DNA of 64,000 nucleotides from an uncultured PS1 clade bacterium (GTDB lineage: Bacteria; Pseudomonadota; Alphaproteobacteria; MED-G09): contig CACOFZ010000006.1 of assembly GCA_902626605.1 (NCBI GenBank), positions 2,809-66,808 of the forward strand, in the 5' to 3' direction. The notes beneath the pieces were generated by a model. That model worked only from the letters and a program-made list of their open reading frames with translations. It did no database searches and had not been told where the DNA came from. This document shows, in pieces, positions 62,517 to 64,000 of the stretch. A program made the translations under genes and the position numbers. Each line of letters begins with the position of its first letter. Positions within the stretch are counted from its first letter, which is position 1.

Positions 62517-64000
62517 ATATTATTTTCTTTAGGTATTGACCTGTGTAGCTATTTTTAATTTTTAAAATACCTTCAAGTTCTCCCTCATAAACAAGATCTC
62601 CGCCTTTATCACCACCATCTGGTCCTATATCTAAAATCCAATCAGCGGTTTTAATTACATCGAGGTTATGTTCGATAACTACAACTGTATTTCCATTATT
62701 AACTAATTCATGAAGAACCTCTAAGAGTTTTTTTACATCATCAAAATGTAAACCAGTTGTTGGTTCGTCCAATACATAAAATGTTCTTCCTGTAGCCTTT
62801 TTTGATAATTCCTTAGCAAGTTTTATTCTTTGAGCCTCACCTCCAGATAGAGTATTTGCTTGCTGACCCACTTTTATATAACCAAGACCTACTTTCTTAA
62901 GAGTCTCCATTTTATCTCTAATAAGGGGAACAGCTTTAAAAAGATCAGAACACTCTGTAACTGTCATATTTAAAACATCTGCGATTGATTTATCTTTATA
63001 TTTTACCTCTAAAGTTTCTCTATTATATCTTTGTCCTTTACATTGATCGCATTCAACATAAACATCAGGTAAGAAATGCATTTCAATTTTAATTACACCA
63101 TCACCTTGGCAGGTTTCACACCTTCCTCCTTTAACATTAAAGGAAAATCTTCCGGGTTTGTATCCTCTTGCCTTCGCCTCAGGTAATTGACAAAACCAAT
63201 CTCTAATTGGCGTAAAGGCTCCTGTGTAAGTAGCAGGATTTGATCTAGGTGTTCTTCCTATTGGAGACTGATTTATGTCAATGATTTTATCAATAAAGTG
63301 AATCCCATTAATTCCGTCATAATCCATTGGAGTTTTTTGAGAATTATTTAATTTTCTGTTTAAAGCTGCAAACAGTGTATGAAGTAGTAGAGTTGATTTA
63401 CCTGAACCTGATACACCTGTAACACATGTTAGAGTGCTTAAAGGAAAATTAGCTGTAACGTTTTTTAAATTATTTCCACTGGCATTTGTAATCGTTATAC
63501 ATCTATCTAAATTGATTTCTCGTTTTTTTGGAATATCAATTTTTAATTTTTTTGATAAATACTGACCGGTAATACTTTTTTTATTATTTGATATTTCTTT
63601 AAATGTTCCTTCAGCAACAAGATATCCACCATGAATGCCAGCACCAGGACCAATATCAATTATATGATCAGCTGCATTCATTGTTTCCTCATCATGTTCA
63701 ACAACTATTACAGTATTACCTAAATCTTTAAGTCTCGATAAAGTTCCAAGTAATTTATCGTTGTCTCTTTGATGCAAACCTATGGAGGGCTCATCTAAAA
63801 CATACAAAACACCGGTTAAACCTGATCCTATTTGGGAGGCTAATCTTATTCTTTGGGACTCCCCTCCAGATAATGTCCCAGACTCTCTGGATAAGGTAAG
63901 ATAATTTAAACCAACATTTTTTAGAAAAAATAGTCTTTCAGTAATTTCTTTGATAATATTTTTTGAAATTTCAGTATCTTTTTTTGATAATTTTTTTTGA
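62515..64000 (-). CDS. uvrA: Excinuclease ABC subunit A, partial (N-terminus beyond the window end)
   Basis: C-terminal ABC module and zinc finger ([29 protein letters not shown]), LSGGEAQR signature, [11 protein letters not shown] Walker B. The reading frame continues upstream of the track start with no stop through 64000. Confidence 0.9.
   Translation of the reverse strand, partial: QKKLSKKDTEISKNIIKEITERLFFLKNVGLNYLTLSRESGTLSGGESQRIRLASQIGSGLTGVLYVLDEPSIGLHQRDNDKLLGTLSRLKDLGNTVIVVEHDEETMNAADHIIDIGPGAGIHGGYLVAEGTFKEISNNKKSITGQYLSKKLKIDIPKKREINLDRCITITNASGNNLKNVTANFPLSTLTCVTGVSGSGKSTLLLHTLFAALNRKLNNSQKTPMDYDGINGIHFIDKIIDINQSPIGRTPRSNPATYTGAFTPIRDWFCQLPEAKARGYKPGRFSFNVKGGRCETCQGDGVIKIEMHFLPDVYVECDQCKGQRYNRETLEVKYKDKSIADVLNMTVTECSDLFKAVPLIRDKMETLKKVGLGYIKVGQQANTLSGGEAQRIKLAKELSKKATGRTFYVLDEPTTGLHFDDVKKLLEVLHELVNNGNTVVVIEHNLDVIKTADWILDIGPDGGDKGGDLVYEGELEGILKIKNSYTGQYLKKII

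Noticed and set aside
1-64000. CRISPR arrays, IS elements, prophage remnants, toxin-antitoxin or known defence systems
   Set aside because: No repeat-spacer periodicity was seen anywhere. No transposase, integrase, terminase or capsid-like ORFs are present, and there are no small paired ORFs of toxin-antitoxin type. Every ORF of 60 aa or more on the track is either a recognisable housekeeping, transport or metabolic gene or an antisense shadow ORF.

Overview
This is a 64-kb stretch of a very AT-rich (roughly 30% GC), tightly packed alphaproteobacterial chromosome, most consistent with a streamlined marine oligotroph of the SAR11/Pelagibacterales type (inference from composition, gene content and synteny). 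I can support about 66 protein-coding genes and one tRNA-Ser. Coding density is very high: intergenic gaps are all 170 bp or shorter, and many neighbouring genes overlap by 1-4 nt, including convergent pairs whose stop codons overlap. I found no transposases, integrases, CRISPR arrays, phage genes, toxin-antitoxin pairs or recognisable defence-system proteins.

The content is almost entirely conserved housekeeping:
- topA (partial), plsY, pyrB, ruvX, gatCAB, a Nu-class GST, tesB and a two-subunit B12-dependent methylmalonyl-CoA mutase.
- A cytochrome c maturation cluster in the unusual order ccmC-ccmD-ccmE-ccmF-ccmA-ccmB, with a CcmH domain fused in frame to CcmF.
- msrB, tRNA-Ser(GCU), dapA, smpB, udg, rpoZ-relA/spoT, pyrE and the pdxJ-acpS-lepB-rnc-era-recO-parC operon.
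- glyA-nrdR-ribD-ribE-ribBA-ribH-nusB-thiL, hppA, dgt-argS, scpAB, tatABC, serS, yajC-secDF and uvrA (partial).

The only plausibly accessory content is two loci. The first is a small module immediately downstream of tRNA-Ser: a TonB-dependent outer-membrane receptor, an amidohydrolase-2-family enzyme and a lone Rieske non-heme-iron oxygenase alpha subunit. The second is a transporter-rich locus with TRAP DctPQM (the binding protein carries a Tat signal), the Bpt leucyltransferase, a DASS/SLC13 permease with TrkA-C domains, and an RDD membrane protein.

I could not find a convincing novel multi-gene system. The findings below are modest, checkable oddities: the CcmF-CcmH fusion, a hairpin that sequesters the dgt ribosome-binding site, an unannotated ccmD, a RibBX-type degenerate GTP cyclohydrolase II domain, and a few others.
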